From Folioceros fuciformis (Eukaryota): 53,597 nucleotides of DNA. The notes below the pieces were generated by a model. It made no database searches and was not told the origin of the DNA. It worked only from the letters and a program-made list of their open reading frames with translations. A program made the translations under genes and the position numbers. Shown piece after piece: positions 32,964-46,200 of this stretch (positions are counted from its first letter, which is position 1; each line of letters starts with the position of its first letter). Location: NCBI GenBank assembly GCA_049999805.1, contig JBNGIO010006379.1, positions 330,718 through 384,314 on the forward strand. The letters run 5' to 3'.

Positions 32964-35445
32964 CTAGTCAACTACAGAAAGCCTCGCAAGGACGAAAGAG
33001 AGAAGCTGCACCCCTTTACCGATGTCCTCTTTGGAAGCGTACTCATCTGGTCTGTGACTGTAACCTGCATTGGCAGAAGGCAAGAACCTGGTCAACGTGA
33101 CTCAAACATGTTGAAGGAGCGGGGGAACAACTCATTTGCCAACCAACCTTTGTGACACGGAATGAAGATCATGCCCGTTGGTGCTATCCTGCAGGTGCAT
33201 CGACAAGAAGTCAATTTGAGGATTGTGCTGCCAGGCAGCTAAACAGCATGGAACAGTTCCAATCAGCTGCGTTAAAAAGCTACAAGCTAAAACCTGGCCA
33301 TAAAAAGAGAGTCGTGATACGCTCTGCTAATCATCATCTTGTGCGTTAGATTAAGTTGGTCCACTCCCATGAGCGCTGCTTGGATTACTTTGTCGGAACT
33401 CACAGCCGGTGGATCCTGATTGACGATCTCAAGGTTTGAGAGCTCCACATGACGTTCAGATGCTATGTGCTGGGCTGATGACAGAATCTTTTCCACAACT
33501 TTATCTCGCCTCTCCAAGTCGATGTCCCGAACGTCTGCAAACCCACCTCACCTGCTGTCATTACCTAGGCATTTGACATGCTTCACAAGCAGTGGATGGA
33601 CAACATGCTCGAGGCCAACTGCTTTCTGACCTATCATCAGGTGGGCCTCCCTCGGAATGCTGTTCACTGCTCCTGGATGAATCTCCAACACCCCTGTCAC
33701 GCCACCAAGATATCGAGCAGTGTAAGGCTTCAGTCAAGCTCAGCCTTCCTGCACCACATGCTATCGAAAATGACCTGTGGTGCCGACAGTGTCGATGGAT
33801 CCCGAAGCCAAAACGTGTTTTTCCACTGCCAACATCAGCTCAGCAGCCGCTAGGCCCGCATCATTCCTGATCAAGGTAGTAATAAAGTGAACCTGATTCT
33901 GCAAGCGGCATACAACAGAGAAACGAAAGAAACTTGCCCTGCACAAACTTGCACCGCATATCTGACCTCAATGGCATCAGGACGGCCCCTGCATGGCCAC
34001 CTCCTCCTTTGAAGCTAACTTTCAGAGTTGCTGGGGCTGCGATCGCTTTTACTATCCCAATGGATCGGCCTGCCACCAATCACAGAAGAGATGATAATGT
34101 AGGAAACACCCACTTGACAAGTTACTACAACCGATCGTCAGTGCTAGTGGCGTTCGAATAAGTCTTTACAGGGGTGAAGGTGACCCTATAACTCTTGCCT
34201 TCCTGTTCCAGAATAGGTCCCTGCTCGATGTGAAGCTCCACAAAAGCCTGATAGTGATCAGTGGCAAGAGTGACACTCTCCAGATCTTCGTCCGTTCTCA
34301 AGTAGCCTGCGTGCCTTGCAGCATCGGCGAAAGAAATATTCTGTGCATCAACTGCCCCTTTGAGAATCTCTAGGATGCCTTCACTGCCTGCAAGTGCCCG
34401 ACTGCGGATTTTGACCCGAACGCAACACAAGTTTAAAGGCTGCTCCTTACACTGCAAAGGCTAGACGACATGTATGATTCTTCAGTACGTCGTACGGTAC
34501 CTTCCAATGCAGCCCAAGCCAAACCGTGTAGGCTCTTCAGAAGTAAACATGATCACCTCCACCGACCTTTTGGGCTGAAATCCCGCTCTGCAAGAGTCAC
34601 CACAAGAGGCCAGTTGACGTCCCTCAAGCGCAGCAAAAGCACAAAGCTCCAAACCAAGGCGCAAACCTTTTGAGCGTGCGAATTGCCTCAATACCTCCCA
34701 ACACACCAACAACGCCATCATACTTCCCCGCAAATGGAATCGCGTCCATATGTGAGCCAGTGGCCACTGCCTTCAAATTTGCCTCCGTTCCATGCCTACA
34801 ACAACGCTATCAAAAGCGAAAGGAGAGTCCATGCTTGAATTCTACTAACACAAACAACGAAGACAAGCCTACCAGCGCCCGAAAATGTTGCCAATTGCAT
34901 CCTCTCGCACAAAGAGTCCAACGGACAACATCAACTCCTTCACGTAGCTGAAAACAATCCCAGAAGCACAAATATTTGTAGTTGCTTTCTTCTAGCGATT
35001 TGCAGTTCCATCTGCTACAGCTGATTGGGAGCTTTAGCTACCTGCGGGCGGCCACATCCTGGTCTGTGTAGAGAACACGAGTTACAGAGGGGTGGGGCGA
35101 TTCGGAGAGCAAAGCCAGTTCGTGTATCTGCCAGCATGTGCAATTTGGAGCACCATGAGTTCCCGTCCTCTCCACAGTCTGGCACAAACTCAGGAATCGG
35201 AAGACGGAAAGTACTACCTGGCGCTCTAGCCGGTGGACATCCACATCAAAGGGAGCCCCCTTGGATGGGACATCCTCCGATCCACAGCGAGTGGAGAAAG
35301 CATCGGGGTAGGCCACTTCGGCAACCGAACTGATGAGTGGCTCGGCTGAGACCCACACCAGCAGAAGCAAGGACATCAACAGAGTGCACGCTATCCTCCA
35401 AACTTCGCCACGTTCGGCCCAGCCAGGACAAGCCGAACTGGCCAT
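32964..35445 (-). CDS. UAH: Ureidoglycolate amidohydrolase (peptidase M20/amidohydrolase family), multi-exon, N-terminal signal peptide
   Basis: Motifs PSVTRVLYTDQDVAARR, REDAIGNIFGRW, VATGSHMDAIP, GKYDGVVGVLG, FTSEEPTRFG, ELHIEQGPILE, GGHAGAVLMP, NDAGLAAAE, NQDPPA, MISRAYHDSLFMAR and GYSHRPDEYAS. ISRAYHDS identifies UAH, whereas AAH has SGAGHDA. Confidence 0.95.
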
Positions 35446-35849
35446 TTCGAATGGAGCGATCGCAGCAAGCAGCACATGCGAAACAGGATGCAAACAAACG
35501 TAACAAGTGTACATGACCATAAATATGCCCGTCGGCGATAAAAAAGTACGGTCCAAAGCAAAGCACATTTTCAGAATCGAGACACTCCTCGCCGAGGTTT
35601 CCCGTAAACCAAAAATACGTAAGGCCGTTCCTCCTCTCACTGCTAAATTTCTCGAGAACTATGAAGACGCCACAGCACACACCATGTACTGCTGCCTACG
35701 TACTGGTCGACTCCTCGACCACTTCAACGCAGCACCTCATCGACGTGCTAAAGTGCGGTACCTCCAGTTCCGACCAGGAGGATGAATTTTGAAGAGGTCA
35801 CTGTCGGGATGATAGTCTACAGGTAGCAAAGCGAGGGGCACAGCCTGGA

Positions 35850-38800
35850 TTAACCCCGCCAGGTAGACCTTGAAGCAGAGCGTAAACTTGCTTCCGAAGA
35901 CGCGCTGCCTTTCCCTCGCTTCTGCTCTTCGGTCTGCTCTGGTTTTGGCACACTCTGCATCCAAGTTCCAACGATTTGAGCACATCCACAAGACTCTGGC
36001 CTTACGACAAGGGCAAGCATTACACGCAGTCACACGTGTGTAAACTTACCTGGACTGGAGACAGAGGCGGTTTCTTTGCCTGTTTCTTAGTCTGTGATTG
36101 TGAATCCCGATGCAACCGATGCTGGTGCTGCATATGCTCGAATTGCTTCAACCTCTGCACAAAGTTAATGCCACTCGATCCATTAACCAAATCCGCATTT
36201 TTGTCTCCGTCGTCACTGGGTTGTGAACCACTAGGGAATTGCGATAATATCTGAGCATAGGGTCCCCCAGAGGCAGTTCTCCTTATGGCATTCAGTCCAG
36301 AGTAATCAGAACTTGAGGTCGTTCCTGGAGCTTGAGTGAACGTATAAGGCGGAATCGTTTTCAACCTTGTCCGTAAGATCTTGAAAGCTGCACTTTGCTG
36401 TTTCCGTCAAAAAGACGCCGGCCAAGGGTTCCAATACCGTCAGTAATCAGCTCTCAACTTCAACATCAAATAACCCTAGCCTAGAGAAACAGACTTAGTT
36501 CCAAAACGAGAATCAACAAGTACCTGCGGTAGTAACATGAGAAGTCCATATAAAGTCTTCAGAAGCGCAGGATACCGTGCAGGCTCTAAGAGCTTCACCA
36601 CGAACACGTCCACAGCAGGTCCAACTACGATTATCAAGAGCTAGAACTCAAGGGAGTAAAAGCACAGACCTGGACACACTCACAACATACCTGCAGCCGC
36701 AGGTACGCAAAAATTGGGGTTTCCAGAAGCCGAATCAACTTATCAACTTGGACCAGCAAATTGACATTGATATCAGATTCACCCAAAGACTGGATAACCG
36801 ACGTGGCATGCTGATAAGCCTGCAAGAAACGAGCAAGTCAGATACAACTCCAAGCACACCCCTTCAAAATTTCAAGATCAGTGACATCGTAAGTACCTGG
36901 GCAAGCAAGCAGAGACTAACAGTAGCCATCGGAGAGTGGCACCAGGATGAATACAGCGCAACAAATAGATCCCTCCCATCTGAGTTTGTAAGAGACTGTT
37001 TCAACAACGAGCGCAGATCTGCCAGCTCAACGGCAGTGAGCAGGATCAAGTTCAATGCCTGCAAACAACCCAGAAAAGCACCGAGGGTCTGAGTTGAGAT
37101 CACCCAAACAAGGTCAATTATCATCACCAATCCAGAAACTAACAAAGTCCCGTCCACTCCCCACTTCTGACTGACACACTTTATGAACATCAGAGGGCCT
37201 ATTTTTAACACCAAATCTGTGGAATAACATGTCCAGTTAGCTGCCTGGCTCAAAGCTATCACCAGCGATGACATCACATTTTCCCAGATTTTTACAAGTC
37301 TGATGTTTCAGCACACCAATAACAACTCACAGCACAGACTGGTGTGTCACTCGGGCACTCCAAGCACATCTCCAATTCAAAATGAACGTCATAATCAGGC
37401 TCAGACTTGCTTTCTACATGAGCGTGTCCTGGTGCACTTAAGAGGTCGGAAAATTTTCAAGCAAACGCAACCGGCGAGGACAGATGATCACTCAAAGGCG
37501 AAAACTTCACCCTGTGATGAAATTAACAGCAGAAAGGCATAACTTTCGCACCTGAACCATCACAGATGCGAATTCCAGATCTGCTTCTCCTTCTAGAATG
37601 GTTGCAACCTCTCTGTACACTCTCTCTGCATCTAGAAGGACACAAAGTCGTCGGATGGCCAGAATCCCTCGTCTACACACACCATATGCGCGTCACACAA
37701 CTAGGCAACTTTAACCCACAGCAACGGCTTGTCACATGATCTTGTCTGACCAGTATATCTGGGAGGCACAGAAGCCTACTTTTCAAGCAAGGCTGGCTCA
37801 TTGTTGAACTTATGAAGCAAGAAGACCATCAGATGGCGGAAGTGTTGGGGGTCCTGCGCTATGCCGGCCTGTACCTCTAAAACTAGCAGAACAACCTGCA
37901 TTGCATAACCTCAAAGATTAGCAGATGGCAACAACACTCGGGAAAGATATTTGCAAGCACATGACAGTGGCCTTACTTCATCTGAGGTGTCTGACAGTGA
38001 CCGGAATAGTGCTGGAAATATATCGTCAAGAAAGGATAGAACCTAAATGTACAAGAGAAGCTCACAAACTTGAGCCAGCTGCATGGACAGAGGGAGAGAC
38101 AAACTTTGAGTCAATGTAAGAGGTATCACACCAGGCTTTCCCACCTCAGTCCTGTCTCTCTGTAGCAGGACATGAATCCATCGCAGTGCCTCAAGCCTTG
38201 TTGACTCCCATTCACTTCCAAGCTGACTGTAAACATTGAACGTGAATTTCCGAGGTGTCAATCAGACTCAAAACTTATCTTTACGTTCTGATAATATGCG
38301 ACAAGGAATCTGGACTGGGAACATGGGTACGACCCATGCACTAAACAGAAAAGAAAAACTGAAGGACTGGCCTTTCAAAACGAACCATGTTACCTCCTTG
38401 CAACAGTGAGCACGGCGGCCATGTCAAAGCCATCCCCTGGATTAGCATTAATTGCCCTAAGTGCATCGTTAGTTTCTTTTGCAACCTGCAATTCCCTGGG
38501 GCGTGTTGGTCAACATGACATGTACGGGCAATATGCATGAATCGACTTTAACCTATAAATGAATGATTCCCTGCTTTCCAATGATCTTGCTTGCCATCAT
38601 AGCTTACCGCTCGTATCTTCTCCTCCTTGTCTGAAATACAGGGTAGGATGGCTCCTAGGATATCTGAGTAGTATCGAACAAGCTGCTCACCTCCTAATTT
38701 TACAAATTCGTGCACCTGGATACAGAGAGTGTGAGCAACCTCCCAGATTTATTACAGTCTTATCTAGATTCAATTGTCCTCCAAAGTGATGGGAAAAGAA

Positions 38801-40982
38801 CAACGCAAAAAAAAAGGACCCCTAATGTCAATTTATTCATTAAAGACCTGATCGTTGCCCCTTCCACAAAGACTTACCCAGGTTATAGCAGTAAGCCTTG
38901 TGAACTCGTCTTGAGAGCTAGACCTTTGCACAAGGATCTCTGTCATGCGGCCATAGTCTACAGACTATGAGGGTGTAAGTATCATAAAGCAAATCTGAGC
39001 TGAAGCCGAACATGATATGAATAGGATAGGCATGTGCTACCGAGGCATTTCTTATTTCTTGCAGAAATTCTGAAAGCGCTGAATCTGCCTGCTGTCGAAT
39101 CTCATGGGCAGGATCACTGAGCATGTTGAAAAGTCCTACAGAATTGCAAGAAGTTTGTCACTAAATGGAACAGAAACCAACAGAAGCAATAAACAGCTGA
39201 AAAGAACCTTGGTTCCCACCGGGGATTCCTAAATCATTCGCAAATAAGGCAAACATTTTTGAATTTGAGAGTGAATACCATCAAGAAAGTCAGGAAGAAA
39301 CCCGAGCATGTCAATGTCCGGTACACTGTCCAGAACAGTGATCCATCCCACTAGAAATTGCCGCACATACGGGCTCAGAACATTCATGCGCTCCCTCAGT
39401 AGGGGGATGAAATGCTCAATACTGCAAACGGAGTTTCCAAAGCTTACACAAGAGGTTTACATGACAGACTTGTGACGTAAATTTCAGTGATGACTAAGTA
39501 TTAACGACCTGGCCCAGTTAGCAGTGGTGCAGTAAGGAACAAAACCCTGACATGCAGCTTAATGCACAACGGAATCCTGACCGCACTATCCAAAACCTTC
39601 ATTCCACATTTTTGACAAGCAATTAGACAGACCTGAACTGGTCACTCTCAGTGACAATGTCCTGTACATCCCCACAAGAGGAAAACGCTTCAGATCTACC
39701 ATCTGAAAGATACTATTCTTCTCATGGATCTCATTGCAGCAAAACTGCTTCAACAGTCAATAATTTGCTTACCTTTACTAGACGGTCCAACAAATGTGCC
39801 GCATTCTGCACACTTGGATCAGAATCTGCAAAGAGCCTTGACAGTGCATCAAAGATGTCGTTGAAAAATTCGATGATTTCTCCCCGCGTAACCTGAGGCA
39901 GCAGGCACGACGAGACATCAAACAATAGTTTGTGGCCAACGCATGGCAACAGGGAAGTTGAACCATAACCAGCATACCTTGGCTATGTTGTAAAGTGCCT
40001 CACAAGCATAATATCGCACACGACTATCTTGGTCTGTGAAAGCGTTTAGGACCAGAGGAACAATTTGCTGCAGACAGGAGGAAATGCATTACGACCCTGA
40101 AAATCGAAAACAAACTAAAAAAGTCACGTAGGGATTGTGAGCACGCCTACTTATCCCAGGTCTAGCGTACTTTAAAGAGATAGGGGTCCTCACCTTAAGG
40201 TGCTGTGAAGCTTCTGATGCCAGTCCAACAGTGGCCGCAGCTAGTCCAATGAGTCCACCCTGGGAACAGAGACTACACTGTTAAAGCACAATTGGAGAAG
40301 ACAGTAGCTCCAGCAGGAGAAGCTAAAACTAGTTTCGATCCCAACAAGAAATCAAGCATGAATTGCAATGCCATCCCTCGGAAGAACGGGGGAGCAGTAT
40401 ACTTTTCTGTGATTTGATTGCGACGAGTCCGTAAATTCCTTCTTCAGTATGCTAATAACACCACTAACTTTTTCATGATCTCCTACTGCGGTGAAGGCTT
40501 TCACGATTCCCTCAACCTGCACTCCGGGACGAAGGATCAGCATCAGCGAATACTGAAGTCCTCGCAATAGCACGTCGTGCAGAAAAACACAGCTAATAGA
40601 AAGAAATCAAGCCAGACCGAAAATGCCAAAAATTCCAAGGTCGGGATGACGTTGCTGTTGGCAAGCTCAGCCATAGCTCAAGTCCGGCAACTGAACGCAG
40701 CAACAACATGCAGTGGACGAGGACGCATGCCCCGGGCCACCTCGAGTGCTCGACGTGGGGAAGGCGAAAATTCAAAAGGCAAGCATATCATAGACGCCAC
40801 TCCGCGGCCACTCCAGTGATACGAAGGACAGAACAAGACCAGGGGGCGCCACACAATACAATTCCCGTACACCAAGGTCACCCAGCACGCACCTCGAGAG
40901 CTGCGTTCTTTCGTTTTTCATACAACTTGTCCGACAGATTGCGGAGGACTGAGGGAGGTAGGAGAGCTGCAGTCTCAGCCAT
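35850..40982 (-). CDS. VAC14: VAC14 homolog (scaffold of the PI(3,5)P2/FAB1 complex), many exons
   Basis: [129 protein letters not shown] and [10 protein letters not shown]. The last exon is inferred (SVPKPEQ...STWRG*, stop at 35850-35852). Confidence 0.94.
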
Positions 40983-42779
40983 CTCCCCGTCCACCTCCTC
41001 CCACCACAGTCCACAGAAGAGACCTATTTACACTGCCCGAGGATCACGCTCGCAGAAGCCCCACCTGTCCGCAGAGCTGGCGCTGAGTACAAGCCCAGCC
41101 AAGAAACCCATGACGTGCCCCCCTGATCTCAGACTCCCTCACCCACACTGAAAGCCACTACTACTCCAGAGCCAGCACCCGATCGCACTCCACATACTTC
41201 CTCCGCAGTCTGTACAATCATATCGCATGCAATTCAAAGCCTGCCAGGTGCTCAGTGCAGCGGGATCCGGCACCAAGGAGTGCTCGCGGTGACGGCCAGA
41301 TCTCCTTCCCACTCGCTACAACCACTCGTGCATCACATCACACCCCATCCAATCCCCAATCCCCACAAGCCAGCAAGGCTCTCCTTAGCTTCCCCGGTGC
41401 CTGCACGGCCCGCTGTGCATGTTCTGCTGTTCTGGCTGGAGTGAAGCAGCTACCTGTCCTGTTTCTTTGCGGGGATGTCACATACATACATACTGTACAT
41501 AATTTGTAAGCCTGCGACAGTGCGTGCGTGGGGCCTCCACTCAGCAGCACTGCTTCTTTCCTTACGGACGCCGTTCCACTTTCATACAACCAACCACCTC
41601 ACGTTTATCCAAATCCTTGCATACATGTCTTGATTCTTCCACTCCCAGTGTCCCCACGCCAGGTGTGGCTGCCTGCCTGGGTCCTGGGTTCGCATTCTGC
41701 TAAACTGGGTCCCAAATCACGGCCCGGGTTCGGACTCGCAGTCGCACTCCCGCACGGCACGAGGCTCGCACATACGTAAATGGACGCGCTCATTCTTTCC
41801 CCCCAACACTGACCGCCACGTAAGCAGTCACCGCAATGGTGATGACCGACGATAGCCGGTGGATTCGGTTGTAGCCCTCCCGCGGTCTCCATTTTCCCAT
41901 TCCCCCGGCCCTTCTAGGCTTTTGTCTTACATGTCTCTATTCCATCGTTCCCGCACCCGCACTCATAGTGTGAGGGACAAGTCGTAAGTGTCAACGCCCT
42001 CGCTTTCGCCCTCGCCTTCCCCAACTCATTTTAAAATTATTGTTTTTCTCTTCTTCTTTTTTCAGGTCTCTTTGAATCGTGGTTGCGTCCATAGGTACTC
42101 TGTTTCAGGACCATGCTATGCCACACTGAGCTAAGCAAAGCTAAGGTAAGGTAAGCAGGTTTTTAACCTAAAAAAAATGGAAGAGGGCAAGGTGTACTAC
42201 GAGGAGAGTTGCGAAGGAGGGAAAATAGACCCGTGAACGTGCGAGGGATTATGAATGAATAAATAATGATTTATTTTGAAAGCAGACCAATGAAAGGGCA
42301 ATGTGAATCGCATAGCGTCTGGATCTGGCTCGTATGTAGAGATGTGCCTGCCTCGCGTGCGCTGTAAGGCAAACAGTCCAGGTTTTCTTCCATTGCCAGG
42401 TGTGAAATTCAGGGAGAGTTCTGGTTATTATCCGTTGGATGGGGAGAATGGTGTAATGTACATGGTACTGCAGCTGGAAGGGTGTGCTTGGCTCTGCGGC
42501 AAGGTAAGCAGGTACACGACGCATCAGGCGAGAGCGAAACCTCCAGGCAGCTACGGACATGTTGTGTGAGGGCTGGGGCAGAATTGAATAGTGGTTCACC
42601 TGTCGCTGAAGAGCCGTGCTGTCCAAGGAGGACACGGATTGTACAATCTGGAGGACGCGGAATGCTAAGTAAGGGTAAAGTGTGGTGGGGTGTGGGCAGC
42701 TGTGAATTGGGGAGTAGCGCAACCTGTGGATCTGAGTGATACGGGGCTGGTGGTGGCATTCAGCTCCCCTGTGGAAGGC

Positions 42780-44526
42780 ATGTCAACAGGAGCTATCACA
42801 ACTTTCGAGCAAGCGGAGCGATGCAAGGAGCGGGGGAATGCTTGCTTCAAGAAGGAGAAATTCAGTGCTGCCATAGAGGCGTACACCGAGGTTGGGATGC
42901 TGTTCGTCATCTAGGTGCTTGTGTTGTACGGTGTAGTCCGTCTGTAATGTAGAGCTGGGCAGGTTAGGGATTGCGAACAGATTTCGGCTGGGTCCGTTCT
43001 CGGTCCAGCTCGGATGCTCCAAGCGCTTCGTGCTTTCGCTGGATGTGAGGATTTCTCAGTCAGGGGCAGTCGGATGGTTGTTTTCAGCTGATTTAGGGTT
43101 TCATGAGCTAACGCCCTTTCGGTCTGCGAAGCGGTCGGTTTGGCTTCGGCTGGTATTTAGTTGTGGATATTCTCTGTGCAGGCGATAACACTGTGCCCTG
43201 ATGTCCCCGTGTATTGGACCAATCGAGCTATATGTCACAGAAAGAAGAAGTAAGGAAATGTTTGGGTTGTTTGACTGTTTCTGACTATCTTTGGGTGGTA
43301 GATGACTGAGCATTTGTGTGACCAATTGCAGTGACTGGGAACGTGTGGCATCTGATTGTGGTCGAGCTTTGGAGCTTGACAAACATTCTGTGAAGGTACT
43401 TCTATGACGGAGGTTGGACCAGCTTCGACCTGGTGGTGTCATGCGTCATAACTCTGCGCTTCTTGCACTCTGCTTGATGGTTCTCCATATGTACGCCCCG
43501 TTTGCAGGCACACTACTATCTTGGTCTTGCTCTAGTGGAGTCCAAAGACTATGATGAAGCAGTCAAGCAATTCGAGAGGGTAGAGCCTATGTCCCTGTTG
43601 GTAGCGCACGTGCAAGCCCTCGTACTTCTTGCGTGCCATGAACGAAATTGTCTTGGTGTTGATATTGTTGACCAGGTATAGTTCATGGTGTTCAGGCATT
43701 AGAGCTTACGAAAGGTGGCAAACCTACGCAAATGGTTGAGTACATATGGGTCGATCTTGCTAATGCCAAATATCTAAGGTGGCGACAAGCAGCAAATGAA
43801 CGGGCAGAGAATCAAAGGGCCCTAAGGTATGTTGCATGTTTTCAACATGATACGTAAGAACCGGAGGTGCAATAGGGCAATGTCTTCTCCTGCACTTTTG
43901 TGCTTGTAGAGTACTTAGATTGCCTTAGGAATTTTGCAGAAAGTTGTGCGAGCTTCTCCTAAAGCGTGAAGTGGAGCGCACCAGTCAACACCATGCTTCA
44001 AGGGACAGTGAAGACTGTATGGACAGCAGTGGCACTGAAGTCAAAGAACGAACTGCCATGGGTCGGCTGGACGTCAACGAAGATGGTAAATCAATACGAG
44101 AGGAGCATGAAAGCTACCTTAAGACGCTTTATGATGTTTTTGAAAGAGCTGCGGCTTTAGATAATCCAGGAGAAGTTCCAGACTACCTTTGCTGCCAAAT
44201 TACCATGGAGCCCTTCCGGGACCCTGTGATCACTCCTAGTGGTGTAACTTACGAGCGGGCAACGTTGTTGGAGCATCTTACCAAGGTGGGTTTGTTATTC
44301 TTCTCGATAGTCTGTTTTGGCAAACCTAGTGCCGTCTCCCTCTTTTCTGTAGGGTTTCACTCTGTATTCCATCTCTAATATCTTTGGTCTGTTCCAATTG
44401 CAGATAGGCAAATTTGACCCGTTGACACGGAAAGGGTTGCATCCGGAGCAGATAGTTCCAAATCTGGCCATAAAAGAAGCTGTGCAGGCCTACCTCGATG
44501 AACATGGATGGGCATACAAGTCGTGA
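42780..44526 (+). CDS. CHIP: E3 ubiquitin ligase CHIP (TPR + U-box), multi-exon
   Basis: TPR region AERCKERGNACFKKEKFSAAIEAYTE|AITLCPDVPVYWTNRAICH. U-box EVPDYLCCQITMEPFRDPVITPSGVTYER...GKFDPLTR...PNLAIKEAVQAYLDEHGWAYKS*. Confidence 0.95.
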
Positions 44527-45145
44527 TGTTGGCTTGTTCGTCCCTTCCCCCTGTACATTACATGTCAAGAAAACGCCAAGGCTGGAGGCCCTTGGTAGGA
44601 TGGTGTCCCGTTACGGGTAGCTATTGATTGTGTGGGCTGTAAATTGGGCAGCTCTGATTTTTTGGGAAATTTCTATCCCGCCTCGGCGCATATGAGGGAT
44701 CAGGCTAGTGGCTAGTATGTGGTGCTGGCTAGACAGTAACACCGGGGCGCACGCCTACCAAGAAGCTCGAAAGCACACGTGATTTTTGCACTCGGTCTTG
44801 GATTCTGGCCTTCGAAGAAAGCCTCATTCACATTGACAAGATCCTCGAGGCCGTCTGTCGGTCCTGGTGCTAGGGCTAGAGAGGAGTCGGCGAGCTGGCA
44901 AGCTACCTTTGCCGACAACGGAACCAGTGTGAAGCCTGGAAAGGTCCTCCTTGACACGAATAACCGGTAGCTGGAACCAGTGTGAAAGCTTGGAAATGTC
45001 TTCCCGCCGACAAATTCACCAGACTGAGCTGTGAACAAATCGAATGAATGGTCGGAACCACACGGCCTCCGCCGCATGAGATATTCCAATGCAGATGCTG
45101 TATGCTCGGTGGCGACCATGGCCGTCAGAAGGATGCCTTGCCGGC

Positions 45146-45153
45146 TATAAATG
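45146..45153 (+). promoter_or_regulatory. Putative TATA box of the RNase T2 gene
   Basis: ctataaat lies about 60 nt upstream of ATG 45213. Confidence 0.5.
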
Positions 45154-45212
45154 ACTTCCTAGAATTCCAGATCTGTGTTGTGGAACAGCAAAGAGTCCGA
45201 AGCTTTCAGACA

Positions 45213-46200
45213 ATGGAGAAGAGCAACGTCGCTGTCGCTGCACCTGCGATGCTGCTGCTGCTGCTTCTGTTTGCTCCAACTTTAGATGCTCAAAGTTTCG
45301 ACTTCTTTTACTTCGTGCAGCAGGTACGAGCGGAATGCTCCGTGATCAACGAAGCAGAATTATCGTTCAGCTAGTAATGGGAGCATCCTACGGGTCTAAG
45401 CTCTGGCCTCGTGGTTTGCTTCTTGTCTTTACGTAGTGGCCGGGATCCTACTGCGACACATCGAGCGGATGCTGCTACCCTACCACGGGCAAACGGCCTC
45501 CGATTTCGGAATTCACGGACTCTGGCCTAACTACGACGACGGCAGCTACCCCTCCAACTGCGACTCCAGCAATCCCTTTACGGAATCCCTGGTACGCCAT
45601 AATCCGCTGGTGATACTCAACGTCTCCGCTACCGAGAGAAGCGATTTGTGGAAATCTGACCGATGCATTTGACACCGTTTTCCTTGTGTGCTACAGGTGA
45701 AGGACCTGGAACCGGAGCTGCAGGCAGTGTGGCCGACACTAGCATGTCCAAGTGGCACTGGCGTGGCGTTCTGGACACACGAGTGGAACAAACATGGCAC
45801 CTGCTCTGAGTCCATTCTCGACCAGCGAAGCTATTTCGAGGCCACACTGTCTCTCCGACAGAAGATCGATCTGCTCGGAGCTCTCACATCTGCTGGTACT
45901 GCCTGCTTCTTGCTCCCCATGCTCTCTCACGCGTGCACGTACCTCCTAGTCCTAATGCGGAGCTTGCTACATGTAGGCATATACCCCAACAACTCAAAAT
46001 ACAGTCTGGACAAGATCAAAACCGCTTTGCGGAACGGCGTAGGCCAGGAAGTCGGCATTGAATGCAACAAGGACGTGGATGGCAGCTCCCAGCTCTACCA
46101 GATCTACGTGTGTGTGGACACGGACGGCTCCACGATCATTCCCTGCCCTGTCCTCCCTGCAGGAACCTGCCCGTCCTCGGTTGCGTTTCCCCCTTTCTAA
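45213..46200 (+). CDS. Secreted ribonuclease T2, class I (RNS1/RNS3-like), 4 exons
   Basis: Signal peptide, FDFFYFVQQ|WPGSYCDT, CAS I DFGIHGLWP, CAS II FWTHEWNKHGTC, C-terminal QLYQIYVCVD...CPSSVAFPPF*. Confidence 0.95.

Noticed and set aside
32964-35445. Allantoate amidohydrolase (AAH) assignment
   Set aside because: ISRAYHDSLF, SVTRVLYT and GHAGAVLMP match UAH rather than AAH (SGAGHDA, GHAGTVPM).
36565-36580. gtatcct on the minus strand as a U12-type donor in VAC14
   Set aside because: It lies inside a coding exon ([10 protein letters not shown]), and the flanking introns are ordinary GT-AG.
45079-45086. P1BS phosphate-starvation element upstream of RNase T2
   Set aside because: agatattc does not match GNATATNC on either strand. 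An exact match at 16405 is expected by chance and has no supporting context.
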